A stretch of DNA of 63,080 nucleotides, the filler included, from Octopus bimaculoides (Eukaryota): NCBI RefSeq assembly GCF_001194135.2. It is 8 parts of 7 records of this genome, joined end to end, with 100 filler letters (N's around TTAATTAATTAA, not from the genome) between each part and the next. Parts side by side here need not be neighbours in the genome. Positions count along the whole stretch, not along the records: positions 17,536 to 43,277 come from NC_068996.1; 7 more parts are not named here. One strand, 5' to 3'. Numbering within the stretch: position 1 is the first letter of the stretch; each line of letters opens with the position of its first letter. The notes beneath the pieces were generated by a model that made no database searches, had not been told where the DNA came from, and saw nothing but the letters and a program-made list of their open reading frames with translations. The translations under genes were made by a program, and so were the position numbers. Positions 23,965 through 38,507 of the stretch are shown here, piece after piece.

Positions 23965-24362
23965 AATTAAGTTTTAATACGCCCGATGGCTATTTGCAAC
24001 ATCAATGTCTGAAAAGATGTGATTCTATACATCGCACAACCAGATTTGGCTGGTATGCGGTCACTGGGCGCTTCTCACTGGTTAGATACAGTCGATTGAC
24101 TTCACATGATAACGGAGGTCCAGTGACTATTACAGTCGATTCTCATTTGCTACACTTTATGTGTGTGATTTTATGCACCAGCCTCTATATCAAAGGATAT
24201 CTCGAGGCTGATAATATAGTATTCAGCATTCTAAAAAGACATCCACGTTATGTTGGATATAAAGATTGCTTTTGGTACTAAAGTTTACGTCGCCAAAAGT
24301 GAATATATGTTCTTGATTGCCCCCTCTATGTTTAGCGCCCTGTGGGCAATAAAGAAATAAAA
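23965..24362 (+). repeat. Unclassified interspersed repeat, family E
   Basis: Shares gctggtatgcggtcac..cactgg..tgat..gattctc and aagacatccacgtta.gttggatataaagattgctttt with 53755-54343. Confidence 0.65.
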
Positions 24363-24493
24363 AGTGAATATATATGTGAGTGAATGAGTGAGTGTGTGTT
24401 TGTGTATGTGCGCGCGTAAGTGTGTGCATGTATATATGCATGCATATGTGTATGTATGTATATATGTGTGTATGTATGTATGTATGTATGTAT

Positions 24494-24525
<32 letters not shown>

Positions 24526-24570
24526 GCAGACAGACGGACGGATGAATACATAAATATATAAATATATATA

Positions 24571-24604
<34 letters not shown>

Positions 24605-24877
24605 NNNNNNNNNNNNNNNNNNNNNNNNNNNNNNNNNNNNNNNNNNNNNNNNNNNNNNNNNNNNNNNNNNNNNNNNNNNNNNNNNNNNNNNNNNNNNNNN
24701 NNNNNNNNNNNNNNNNNNNNNNNNNNNNNNNNNNNNNNNNNNNNNNNNNNNNNNNNNNNNNNNNNNAGAGAGAAGAAAGAGATACATAGAGAGATAGGTA
24801 GGTTGGAAGGTAGGTGGGTAGGTAGGTAAATAGGTAGGGGGATGGATGGAGGAATAGATAAATGAATAAATATACAC

Positions 24878-24959
<82 letters not shown>

Positions 24960-25269
24960 TGCTTTTTCTCAAACATGTACAACTGAATCTCTTTCAATAT
25001 GTGCCAGCTGACAGTATAGTTGACCGTTACTACCAGAGGAAGTCAACGAAGCGTTCCATACGAGGCTCTCCATTGCCACCTACAGCTGTCTTACAGTTGT
25101 CGTCGTAAATCCAAAAGTCGATAATACTCAGACTTTGAATCAATAATACCTGTACTATATTTAACTTATATCATAAACAACAGTAACATAACAAGCACTC
25201 CAGATGACACACACGCACACACATATATGAATCAAAATATATAGCAAAATGAAATTCATGAATAATGAC

Positions 25270-25373
25270 TAAATGATGATGATGATGATGATGACGATGA
25301 TGATGATGACGACGATGACGATGACGACGATGACGATGACGATGATGATGATGATGATGATAATAATAATAAT

Positions 25374-25428
<55 letters not shown>

Positions 25429-25539
25429 GTGATAATAATAATGATTAAGATGATGATGACGACGACAACGATGACAACGATGATGATGATGATGATGACG
25501 ACGATGACGATGACGATGATGATGATGATGATGATGATG

Positions 25540-25602
<63 letters not shown>

Positions 25603-25656
25603 GTGATAATAATAATGATTAAGATGATGATGACGACGACGGCGACGATGACAATG

Positions 25657-25688
<32 letters not shown>

Positions 25689-25730
25689 GACGATGAATAT
25701 GATCATTATCATAATCATCATCATCATGAT
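25270..25730. repeat. (GAT)n/(GAC)n/(AAT)n patchwork with an internal ~174-bp duplication
   Basis: The junction tagtgataataataatgattaagatgatgatgacgacgac recurs at about 25427 and 25601. Confidence 0.85.
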
Positions 25731-26244
25731 TCAAACGTACGAGGACTAAATATAACTAGCAACACCAGTGGAATCAGACAATAAACCATAAATATACGTT
25801 TGGTTTAATTCGAACGACTGGAATGGAATAATAATTGCTTAATTCCAATAAAGTATAAATAAAAGAAACGTACAGAATAGAAGGCGACAAACACAAGAAA
25901 GAGAAAAGGTTAAGATTTTTAGCCGATTCCAGTGAGGCAGTTCAAATCACAGCGTGCAGCATTCCTGCATTTAAGCAAGGAAGAAACTCTGCTACAAAGC
26001 CAATTAAAGACGTTTCGAATCGATGTCTTTGAATCGATGGCATAAGAAATACTTCAGTCGAGAAGACGACTTCAAACACTGAATAGCGTACCGTAATGCT
26101 GCTTAAAACAGCATGCTTGTGTATATATTGCACACATTCAGTCATATATATACGCGTATAAATCTCTGTGTAAGATATCGTTGTTCCAGGATCTGCCTGT
26201 GTGTGAGTGTATGTGCTTATGTGTTTGTCTCCCTTTCTTCCTAC

Positions 26245-26296
<52 letters not shown>

Positions 26297-28151
26297 CTTT
26301 TATCTCTCTATATGTGTGTATGTATGCGAGTATGTGTGGGTGTATAACTTTGTGCATATAACTTATACATACACACATATATATAGCAATTTCTCTCTCT
26401 CTCTCACTCTCACTCTATTTATTTGTATATATATATATAAATACACACACACACAAACACATACACTCACAAACACACACACACACACACACACACACAA
26501 ATATATATATATATGTGCGTGTGAGTTTGTATGTGTGTATATATATATATATATGTCTGTATGTCTGTATATATGTATGTATGAATGCATGTGCTTCCAT
26601 GTGTGCAGGTATGTATTTACGTACTTAAGTATATAAGTATGCGTGCATGCGTGTGTGTGTGTGTGTTACAACAGTGTTCGGTTGAGGGAGAATGATAAAG
26701 AGATACATATATACATGTAAACATCTATCGCCTACCTGTGTGTATGTGTAAGTGTGTAAATATATGTACCAAAGTACATAAGTGTACATATTTCTTACCA
26801 AATGCTTCCTATATTTTCCTTGTTTCAACCATTACACTGCGGCTATACAAGAGCAAAATTCATGATAAATATACAGTCACGTATGCTGTATACATACATA
26901 CATACATACATACATACACACATTCATACATATATATGTATATATATGTGTGTGCGTGTGTGTGTATATATATATAGATTATCTGTATGTATATGCATGT
27001 ATATATACATACACACAGACACACATATATATATGTACGTATATATATTTAAAGGACATAATCATAGATTTATGCTCACATGCACACTATACACATACAC
27101 ATGTATATGTATTATGTATGTATTTGTGCGCTCGTGTGCTTGAATGTGTATGTGTGTATTTCTATGTGTGTGTGTCTATATGTATGCATGTGTGCTTTCA
27201 TGCCAAACAATGTGTTCCAGTACTTACAGTTGAAGCATTATGTACAGATCTCTGAGTATTTATTAATCCATTCAAGCAGTTATCGTCGTACATATATATG
27301 CATATAAACAAGCATCTATATATATATATATATATATATATATNNNNNNNNNNNNNNNNNNNNNNNNNNNNNNNNNNNNNNNNNNNNNNNNNNNNNNNNN
27401 NNNNNNNNNNNNNNNNNNNNNNNNNNNNNNNNNNNNNNNNNNNNNNNNNNNNNNNNNNNNNNNNNNNNNNNNNNNNNNNNNNNNNNNNNNNNNNNNNNNN
27501 NNNNNNNNNNNNNNNNNNNNNNNNNNNNNNNNNNNNNNNNNNNNNNNNNNNNNNNNNNNNNNNNNNNNNNNNNNNNNNNNNNNNNNNNNNNNNNNNNNNN
27601 NNNNNNNNNNNNNNNNNNNNNNNNNNNNNNNNNNNNNNNNNNNNNNNNNNNNNNNNNNNNNNNNNNNNNNNNNNNNNNNNNNNNNNNNNNNNNNNNNNNN
27701 NNNNNNNNNNNNNNNNNNNNNNNNNNNNNNNNNNNNNNNNNNNNNNNNNNNNNNNNNNNNNNNNNNNNNNNNNNNNNNNNNNNNNNNNNNNNNNNNNNNN
27801 NNNNNNNNNNNNNNNNNNNNNNNNNNNNNNNNNNNNNNNNNNNNNNNNNNNNNNNNNNNNNNNNNNNNNNNNNNNNNNNNNNNNNNNNNNNNNNNNNNNN
27901 NNNNNNNNNNNNNNNNNNNNNNNNNNNNNNNNNNNNNNNNNNNNNNNNNNNNNNNNNNNNNNNNNNNNNNNNNNNNNNNNNNNNNNNNNNNNNNNNNNNN
28001 NNNNNNNNNNNNNNNNNNNNNNNNNNNNNNNNNNNNNNNNNNNNNNNNNNNNNNNNNNNNNNNNNNNNNNNNNNNNNNNNNNNNNNNNNNNNNNNNNNNN
28101 NNNNNNNNNNNNNNNNNNNNNNNNNNNNNNNNNNNNNNNNNNNNNNNNNNN

Positions 28152-28192
<41 letters not shown>

Positions 28193-29566
28193 ATGCATAA
28201 AGAGGGGAACGTACGAGTGTACCTACACACTTATATATGTTACATATTTACACACATACATATGTATGTGTGTGTGCGTGCTTGTGTCTGTGAGTGTGTG
28301 GTTGTGTATATACCTGCATGTGTGTGTATATGTATATATGCACACACACACACATATATATATGTTGTTTTTTTTAATATTTAGTGCAAGCAGTAGAGTG
28401 ACTGAAGGCTCGACAATTTCGTTTGTTGACACTTATCAAAGAGCTTGATAAGTGCCAACGCATGAAGCTTTGGGTTTTTGAGCCACTCTGTTGCTTCCAT
28501 TAAATATTACTAAAACTATATTCATATTATTCATATTTTAAGCTCAGTTTTCTTGTTTGCATCACCATACGCATATATATTACATATGTTATATATATTA
28601 TATATATATACTTATATATTATATATGTATATATATACATTATATATATATAAAAATTTTTACGATATTAAATTCAAAAATGTTCGTACATGCGTTTACG
28701 TGTGTGTGTACGTGTATGTGTGGGTGCATATATATACATACATACATACTTATATATATATATATATATATATGCATATTCCGTAACCGATTGCACTCCG
28801 TTATTATTCCGTAAGCTTTATGTATACATGCAGATATTTATACCACATGTCTGCCCGCATGCAAGCATGCATACACGCGGTACAGTTGCATATTCCTTCA
28901 CACATCTGGTTCAGTTATATGCTAATGACTTGAGATATATTTACGAGTTGGATATCATACCCATATATCGCATCTGTGCAAAACTTTGCGCTATTATTTA
29001 CTATAATTGCTTTCTCACAACGCAAGATTTACGCGTTATAGCCATGCAACCCAAAGAAATAGTGTATACGTATGTTTGTGAATATAACCATGTGTGGTGG
29101 GGGTACAGTCTTATAGCCCACTTAAAATCGATATTGCACACATATGCAGATTTCTATCCGTTTTATATCCTTTGGAAGCGCTTACAGTATCAAAGCTAAC
29201 TATAGATTATATTCGGGATCCCTTTGACAGCATGTATTTCACCTACGTATATGTGTGTGTGTGTGTGTGAGTGTGTGTGTGTGTGTGTACATACATACGT
29301 ACGTATATACATGTATTTACGTGTGTAAATGTACATATAATATATATGAATGGATACATATATGTGTATATGTACATTCGTACATTTCTATCTGTATGCA
29401 TATATATTCTATATATATATATATGTGTGTGTGCGCGTGTTTGTGCGTGCGAGTGTGTGTGTACATATATGTATACATATATTCATGTTTACATATGTAT
29501 ATATATTACCTATATAATGTATATATTTGTATATATATATATATATATAACATATATTATATATAT

Positions 29567-29610
<44 letters not shown>

Positions 29611-29611
29611 G

Positions 29612-29657
<46 letters not shown>

Positions 29658-30359
29658 CACACGCACATATATATATATATACTTTTGTACATCAGAAGAT
29701 TATTATAGATTAAAATATGTCGACTTGTATTAAGCGAATTACTATGAATGCTATTCTGTTTGTTTCCACCATAATACCATAACCACAATATTACCTTTGA
29801 TAACTTCTTAGTTATTTATTCATTTTTACTGGCTTTAGTCATTTGACTGAAGTCATGCTAATCTACCACCTGCCAGAATTTTGCTCGATCCTAACGACCC
29901 GATATTATTTCAGATTCTGACCGATATTTGCAATATCTTGTTATATATGTCGATCCGCTGTGCTACGGGTTATGAAGAGGTAGAACATAAACAGCTCCGC
30001 TTTTTGATGCGGTGTAAACATAAGCACTCACTCACACATACATACACACACGCACAAACATACACAGACACACACATAAATTCACACATATACACACGCA
30101 TACATGAATATGTATGTAGGTTTTTATGTCCCTGTCTATTCGTACAAACACTATGCGTATGATTAGCTCTCTCAATGTGTCTATACAAGCCGTCTTTGCA
30201 TTAAACACTAAGTGTAACCGACTGAAAAATGCTATATTGCATCCAACTCATAAATTATGATGATTAAATTCACATAGGCATCGACGTCTTCGCTTGTTCT
30301 CTTGGAAACTCGTAGTGATAACAGGCATTGTTTTTTTCAGTCTTGCCATAGTAAGACAC

Positions 30360-30770
30360 AGACGTGGCTGAGTTGCGAGAAGTTTGCTTCCCAGATACGT
30401 TGCTACGGGTTCAGTAGTCCCTCTGCGTGGTACCTTGGACAAATGCCTTCCAGTGTTGCTCCGGCACAAATCCTTGTGAGTTGATGTGGTAGTCGGAAAC
30501 TTATAGAAGCCCGCCGCATATACATATATGTGTGCGTGTGCCTGTATTTTGTTTTTGTTCCCCACTAGCGTTTGATAACCGTTGTTATTCTCTTTGTGTC
30601 TCCGTAACTTAGCGGCTCGGCTATAAAGAGCGATAGTATAAACACGAGGCTCAAAGTAAAAAAAAAAAAAATCGATAACTGGCTATCGTTTAGGTCGACT
30701 AAGCAATTCAAGGTTGTACTCCAGTATGGCCGATTCCAATGAATGAAACAGGTGAGAGTTAAATGATAAA
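30360..30770 (+). mobile_element. Near full-length decayed CORE-type tRNA-SINE
   Basis: Head (gtggctgagttgcgagaagtttgcttccc..gggttcagt), CORE-like accttggacaaatg and tail (cgtaacttagcggctcggc..tccagtatggccg..tgaaacag). Confidence 0.75.
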
Positions 30771-31637
30771 GAAAATAATTCACGGGACTTCAAAGCTTTC
30801 TAAGTAACATGACATTTTTGTTTCTTTAAGACTATATTACCTCCAGACAACGGATGAAATTAAGTGAAAACAGGGTCCAGCGGTTTCAGTGATCAGTAAA
30901 CAGAAAGGAAATAATTAAGTAAATAAGAAGTTTCGATATCCGTTTGAATCAATTTAACACCGTCTTTACTGTTCATAACATTAGGAATGATCCGAAAGCG
31001 TTAACGCTCCAACACCTTTTCCTCGAAAACAATTCTCGTGTTACTCACCGTAATCAAATAATATTAATTCACAAAGTTCTGGGCACCGTACTTCAAGTAC
31101 TTCGAAGCCGGAACTCCACATTTTATCTTAAGTGAGGTAATCTTCTTTTTTTAATGNNNNNNNNNNNNNNNNNNNNNNNNNNNNNNNNNNNNNNNNNNNN
31201 NNNNNNNNNNNNNNNNNNNNNNNNNNNNNNNNNNNNNNNNNNNNNNNNNNNNNNNNNNNNNNNNNNNNNNNNNNNNNNNNNNNNNNNNNNNNNNNNNNNN
31301 NNNNNNNNNNNNNNNNNNNNNNNNNNNNNNNNNNNNNNNNNNNNNNNNNNNNNNNNNNNNNNNNNNNNNNNNNNNNNNNNNNNNNNNNNNNNNNNNNNNN
31401 NNNNNNNNNNNNNNNNNNNNNNNNNNNNNNNNNNNNNNNNNNNNNNNNNNNNNNNNTATATATATATATATATACATATATATGTATATATACATATATA
31501 TGTATACGTATATATATGTACGTGTATATATATATATACACACACACACACATATATATATATTATATATATGTACGTATATGCACACATACATATAGAT
31601 GTATATATATGCCTATATACATGTATATTTATATATA

Positions 31638-31668
<31 letters not shown>

Positions 31669-31796
31669 TATATATGTATATATGTATGTGTGTGTGGCCG
31701 CAGCTCTAAGCTGAAGCTATAAACAAAATATATACACACATACATACAGATGTATATATATATATATATGCCTATATATATGTATATATATATTAT

Positions 31797-32140
<344 letters not shown>

Positions 32141-32619
32141 TTAACATGTCTGCACGAATATGCATGCTACATATAAAATAATTTATTATATACTAAAATT
32201 ATTATTACATGATGAAGAAAGCGAAACATATTTTGTGATTAGATACAAGTGATTAGATACATATTTTCACATCTTATAGCTCCTGTCTTTTTATGGTCTA
32301 CAGACGCGTCATGAAATAAGTTTCTCGATTAGATCTCTTGGATTTAAGCTGCATAGAATTCTTCATTATACTCCTCCATGTTGTGCTATGAAAATGTGAT
32401 CCACTAGAGAAGCTTTCTTTCATAGCCACATGGTTATATGAATCCATATATTGCATTTTGAAATTATTTTTTAAAGTCAAAACTGTACAAGTGTCAGCGA
32501 ATAACAAATGTTCTTCAAAATGTCTTGAGGAAGCCGTCTTAACCCTAAAATATCAAAATATCTGGTAAAACTATCAGCCTGTATTATTAATTTCTATAAC
32601 TTGCATTGTCTGTTTTGGC

Positions 32620-32820
32620 TTTAAATGTACTCGTTCAGAGACGAAAACAAGACAGGCAACACATTTATCGATTGTGGATAAAGATGAAGAGAGTGGCGTA
32701 AACAACTTCCCCATATGAAACGGAGCATCAAAGATAAAGCCATCAAATACAGGAGACGGGGCAACAAATGCGACCTCTGTATCACGGAAAAATTAAATAT
32801 AACATCAATAATGAACGTTT
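32620..32820 (+). mobile_element. Penelope-like element GIY-YIG endonuclease C-terminal fossil
   Basis: SIKDKAIKYRRRGNKCDLCITEKLNI matches the PLE WSI..KA..Y....KRC.LC..EK..I motif. Confidence 0.6.
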
Positions 32821-33236
32821 TAGGGGGAAAATGTTTTCCCCTTGGATGCACAAGAAACAATTCAGACGTCGAAATTTCAAGTATGATCCCTACCCACCCA
32901 CTTTGCTATCCCTCCCACGTGGGTAAGATTTTGAATATCGATTATATGCACATTATGCATTATATGTGCATTATATATTCAAGGCATATGCTTCTATGAG
33001 ATTATATTGGATTCCCTGACTTCACAAATCTATATGCATAAGACATCACATGATTCATTTGAAAACATATGTTTATGAACTTCTGAACTTACAACTCCAC
33101 GGACTATGTCTGGCGTCTTTGGAATCCCTTAAATAATTACATGCACATGCTGAGAAATGAACAACACACATGTTGCAGAGATATACGTATCTGTATATAT
33201 GTTCACGAATGTTTATGCTCATGTGTACACCAGCCC

Positions 33237-33268
<32 letters not shown>

Positions 33269-33305
33269 NNNNNNNNNNNNNNNNNNNNNNNNNNNNNNNN
33301 NNNNN

Positions 33306-33366
<61 letters not shown>

Positions 33367-33878
33367 ATAGGCACGTATACATGCATACATTCATACATTA
33401 TATATATATATATATATATATAAATCGGAGAATAAATATCATTATGGTATATATTAGATACAGTTATGCTGCAGTTATTATACTATGAGCCTTCCATAGA
33501 AGCATAGTAGCTTTCTCTGCGTAAATCGCAAAGCTTTTATGTAGAATCAAGACAGTTTAAGTAGATATTAACTAAAATTTAACTGAAATTGATGGGTGAG
33601 CGTTTGGCCAATGAGATTCACAAGGAGCCATGAAAACATCGATTTGTGGGTTCAATTCAGCTTGAGGTTAGCTCATCATTTTTTCGGTCATTTGTTTATA
33701 TTTAAAATTTGTCGCTTCAAAATCGGAGAATAAATATCATTATGATATATATTATATGCAGTTATTGTACAGTTATTATACCTTGAACCTTCCATACCAG
33801 CTTTCTCTCCGTAACTCACAAAGCCTTTCGGGTTTGCTCATAAAAATATCATTTGTGTAGTTATACATACATATACAT

Positions 33879-33944
<66 letters not shown>

Positions 33945-35200
33945 GTGTCAATTACCGTTCTCGCTCAAGATAATTAAGGATTCAATTGATCTATGGTGAA
34001 TGTAATTTCCTGCTAAGGTCTAAGGCTAATGCAAGAGAGATTAGGCTTAATATATTCATTTAGGTTACCTCCCAGGATCTGTGTATTTATTTCGATATCC
34101 CGTTCAGTCTCGTGTACTCCCATCCCAAAACAATATCTACCCACTAATTTAGCATTCACTGTTCGATATTAGTTAGTGTGTATGTGTGTGTGCTTGCATT
34201 TGTGAGTGTGTGTGTTGTATTATATTTTTATTGTATACATAATCTCTGACTCTCTATATATATTATATACCTTATATTATCTACGTATATATTATATATG
34301 TACAGGCACACACAGAAATATGTATATATGTATGTATATATATATATATACTCACACACAGCCTCATTTACATGTCACACGTCCATACAAATGCCTATAC
34401 CTTCATACACATACACTCTCCTACATACATCCACGAAACACACATTTATACACACATGTATGCCTTGGTGTATGTGTGTGTACGTATGTATATATATATA
34501 TGTACATATTAAAGTGACAACCGAACTTGCCAGACATTCTATGTAAATAACTTTGTAAAAGTATTCGCTCTTCTTACTTTACGTAATTACAACTTGCATG
34601 TTATTCGTTCGTCTATGTGAAAAGGCATTTTCATGAAATTTCTTTCTGTTTTTTTTTTTCGTCTATATTGTAAACATACTCTTCTTAGTGAGATATATTC
34701 TTCAGAGACCATATTCAATGTATTTACATTGACAATATCTAATCAGATAGCAGTGCTTTTTCTGTTATCGCGTGTGTTATTTACTGGTTTACCTTCCAAA
34801 GCATATAGCTTTTTCTCAGAACACATAATGATGACTTGCTAATAGAAAAATATTCCACAATGTATTCGATACAAATACGGCTGCACATTGAATGAGTAAA
34901 ACATCGATTGGAAAAAAATAATAAAAAATATAGGAGCTAATAGAACTTAGAAGTAATAGGAGGTAAAAAACATCCCCAAAAATGTCAATCTTCAAATCAT
35001 AAATCTTTAGATTATTCGCAATCACTTTGATATTTTCTGTAAAAAAAGAATTATCAAATCTTTCACATTAAAGAAATAATTTAGCGACATGTATCTGATT
35101 TGTAAGTGATACATAAAAAGCAAGTGTTAGCAGTTAAAGGAAACGTTAAGTTCTATAATTTTTGCCAAACTATAATGTAAATCGTTAAGAAGTTTCGGTC

Positions 35201-35213
35201 GGTCACGGTGACC
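35201..35213. promoter_or_regulatory. Perfect IR3 palindrome GGTCAcggTGACC (estrogen-response-element consensus)
   Basis: Exact sequence match; no functional evidence. Confidence 0.3.
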
Positions 35214-35766
35214 TCTAAGTGGAATATATTGATATTTAACAGCACGGTGATCCTGCGTTCAATACGAGCCAATGCAGGAAAAATTTTTTTAAAACACCTC
35301 TAAGCGCTCGTGCTGTCTACTAAAAATAGCACCCAACTTTCCTTCCACTGATACCCTTATTCGCTTAAAATATGGAAGAAAAAGAAAGAAAAGAAAAACC
35401 AAAAGAGAGAGAAAATATGGAGGTTTGGGTATTGCTAGAATGTCAACCGAATGCAAGAAAAGCTTCTAATTCATACTCTCATTTTCCGAAAACAGGCAAT
35501 ATTTTTCGCCTGTTGCATTTTATAATCTTTCTGTCTATGATCTGACTATCTCTTTATCCAGAGGCTTTTCCCCAAGCACTAATGTATTCTGAAGAACGGG
35601 TCCCATATATTGCTCTTAATATTCTCTCTGATGATAGGAAACGTGAAATTCAAATAACCAATATGAAGTGCCACTTGTCAAAATCATAAATAAAAATGGT
35701 AGAATAATAAACGCAGAAGGAAATGAGGAGAGCTTCTAAGAATACAGAGATGAAAGTTAAAAGCCT

Positions 35767-35917
35767 TTATATATTTCAGGCTTAAAGGCAGATCTTCAGA
35801 AGGGCACAGTCAAAGAAATGTGTCTCCGAAGACCATAATATTTGGATAGCCGGACGAGACGCACATTTCGTTCACTATACCCTACTGAAGATGGGCCCTT
35901 CTGCCTGAAGTATATAA
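35767..35917. other. About 150-bp imperfect palindrome (foldback/MITE-like hairpin)
   Basis: ttatatatttcaggc..atcttcagaagggcacagt..gaaatgtgtctc pairs over about 60 bp with gagacgcacatttc..actataccctactgaagat..gcctgaagtatataa. Confidence 0.75.
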
Positions 35918-36801
35918 GGGCTCATCAACTTTACTCTCCTCATTGTTAGAAGCTTTCCTCATTCACTTATCGCTTATTATTCTACTTTTGTACTACAATG
36001 CTTCAAGCGAACTACAACGTTCTTCATAACTAACTCATAACTAACAATGTTTCTTTCGTGTTGAGGGCTGTTCAACACTACCTGTCTGTAATTTGATATT
36101 CAATATATACAAAAGACATACATGCAAATATAGAAACACACACGAAACCAGAGATACATTTGCACACACAGAAACAAACACATATACATGAGTATACACA
36201 GGTATGCTTGGATGCACAATCGGAGAAAAGATGCCCAATACATGTAGAGCTTGTTTATTCATTCAATGCTGAGGAGTCACTCCATCGCAACAAAGATTCG
36301 AAAAGAGTCACGCGTAACGTGGACCAAACTAGCGACGGGGGTCATTCATCAGCGTAGAACGAATACATGCGGGTAGGCGTATGCGACTGTATGCGTATAT
36401 GCTAATGTGTGTATGTGTTTGTAAACGTGCATGCATATAAATGCATACATAAACGCATACATATGAATCTTATCTGTCTAGAGGCATGGATGATTGTGTA
36501 TGTGTACACATATATGCATACACACATACGCACACACGTGTGCACAATCAAAGTGACACAAAAACACACACAAACACACACTCACGGAGAAACATGCATA
36601 CCCTCCTACACACAAACAAACAAACACATACACACACACAAAGAGAGAAGAAACGAGTGGTAAGAGGTGTGGTTGCCAACCACGCGGTTCCGGAATTAGT
36701 CCGAGTGAGAGACACTTTGGGCAAGTGCCTGCTACGTTAAAGCCAGGCCTATCAAAACGTTGTGAGGCGATTTGGTTGATGGAATCTGAAAGAAGCTCAT
36801 C

Positions 36802-36841
<40 letters not shown>

Positions 36842-36978
36842 NNNNNNNNNNNNNNNNNNNNNNNNNNNNNNNNNNNNNNNNNNNNNNNNNNNNNNNNNNN
36901 NNNNNNNNNNNNNNNNNNNNNNNNNNNNNNNNNNNNNNNNNNNNNNNNNNNNNNNNNNNNNNNNNNNNNNNNNNNNNN

Positions 36979-37058
<80 letters not shown>

Positions 37059-38154
37059 CATACTATATTATTTTATACTTTTATTTGTTTCAGTCATTTG
37101 AGTGCGGCCATGTTGGAGCACCGCCTTTAGTCGAGCAAGTTGACCCCAGGACTTATTCTTTGTAAGCCTGGTATTTATTCTATCGTTCTCTATTGCCGAA
37201 TTGCTAGATGACGGGGACGTAAACACACCAACATCGAATGTCAAACGATTTTAGGGGACTAAAGAAATTGAATAGTTTATTCGATGGTGATGGTATATTG
37301 TTAGTAGTGTAATCCATGTGGAGTAAATCCATAATAGTGTGAAACTTGGTTGGATCTTTAGAGTCCCTCAACTTAAAGCAATCACGCCAAACATTTGACG
37401 GTATATATGCAAAACACGAAAGTGGTATGTATGAATGTATGTACGTATCTGTATGTATACATGTGTGTATGTATGTGCCTATGTATATATGTCTATATGT
37501 GTGTATGTATATATGTATGTGTATGTACGTGTAAGTATGTAGGAGTATGTATGTCCTCCGTATGGCTCTAAACTGCATCTGTTAGTGGGACTCTGATTCA
37601 GGAGTTCCAAACTTTTAAGAAGTGTGGAACCACCTCTTAGTCAGTATTTCTCCCGAATCTACTCTGACCAAGAGTACTTGTAGTTGTTACGATCTCATCT
37701 ATGAGTTAACTTGCTCATATGACGGCAATGCCTCTGATAACGGAGACGAAGATATATATTTAATTGGTGTCAGGGCACACAGTAAAACCATTGGGAGTAG
37801 TTGTCACTGCGATCCTTCTTAAAGAAGGACACTCTAATGTAAAGCGACTTCACGTGATTACTGGTCATCTCGCTTTGGACTGTCACTAGATATTATTCAC
37901 GGAGACCAAGGGAGTGGCACACGCGTTGTAAAAGCGTTTATCACTGTAATCCAATGGCGTTCATATGTCTCTTTATGATGACCTCATCCGTCGTTCCACC
38001 AACTGAGAATCCTATAGCAATGGAAGAGTGGGAACGTGTGCAAACCCAGCCAGTTGTAAGCGAACAGTAAGTTGCAACTATCGTCTGTAATCTATGCTTC
38101 AAAGCAATGCAGCGCATTGTGACAAGCGGTTAATAGCAACAACCAATAATCTGG

Positions 38155-38186
<32 letters not shown>

Positions 38187-38216
38187 NNNNNNNNNNNNNN
38201 NNNNNNNNNNNNNNNN

Positions 38217-38263
<47 letters not shown>

Positions 38264-38295
38264 AGGCAGACAGAGACAGACAGGCAAGCAGATAA

Positions 38296-38339
<44 letters not shown>

Positions 38340-38476
38340 ATATATTTATACATATATATATGTTTGAATGTGTATATACGAGCTAGTACTTAAATATGTA
38401 TATTTGCACGTATATGTGTATAGATATGTTGGTGTATGTGTCTCATATGTACAAATATATATGCATACTTTTGTGC

Positions 38477-38507
<31 letters not shown>

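Noticed and set aside
25171-25749. Poly-His/Tyr, poly-Ile and poly-Met ORFs
   Set aside because: These come from (GAT)n/(AAT)n repeats; the ~174-bp duplication may be real slippage or an assembly artefact but is not coding.
33420-33830. Diverged ~110-bp direct duplication (33421-33535 versus 33720-33828)
   Set aside because: It is an ordinary local duplication with no coding or structural signal.
37204-37578. Non-repetitive middle of the minus-strand ORF (NVWRDCFKLRDSKDPTKFHTIMDLLHMDY)
   Set aside because: No flanking splice sites and no recognisable homology; the rest of the ORF is microsatellite and SINE.
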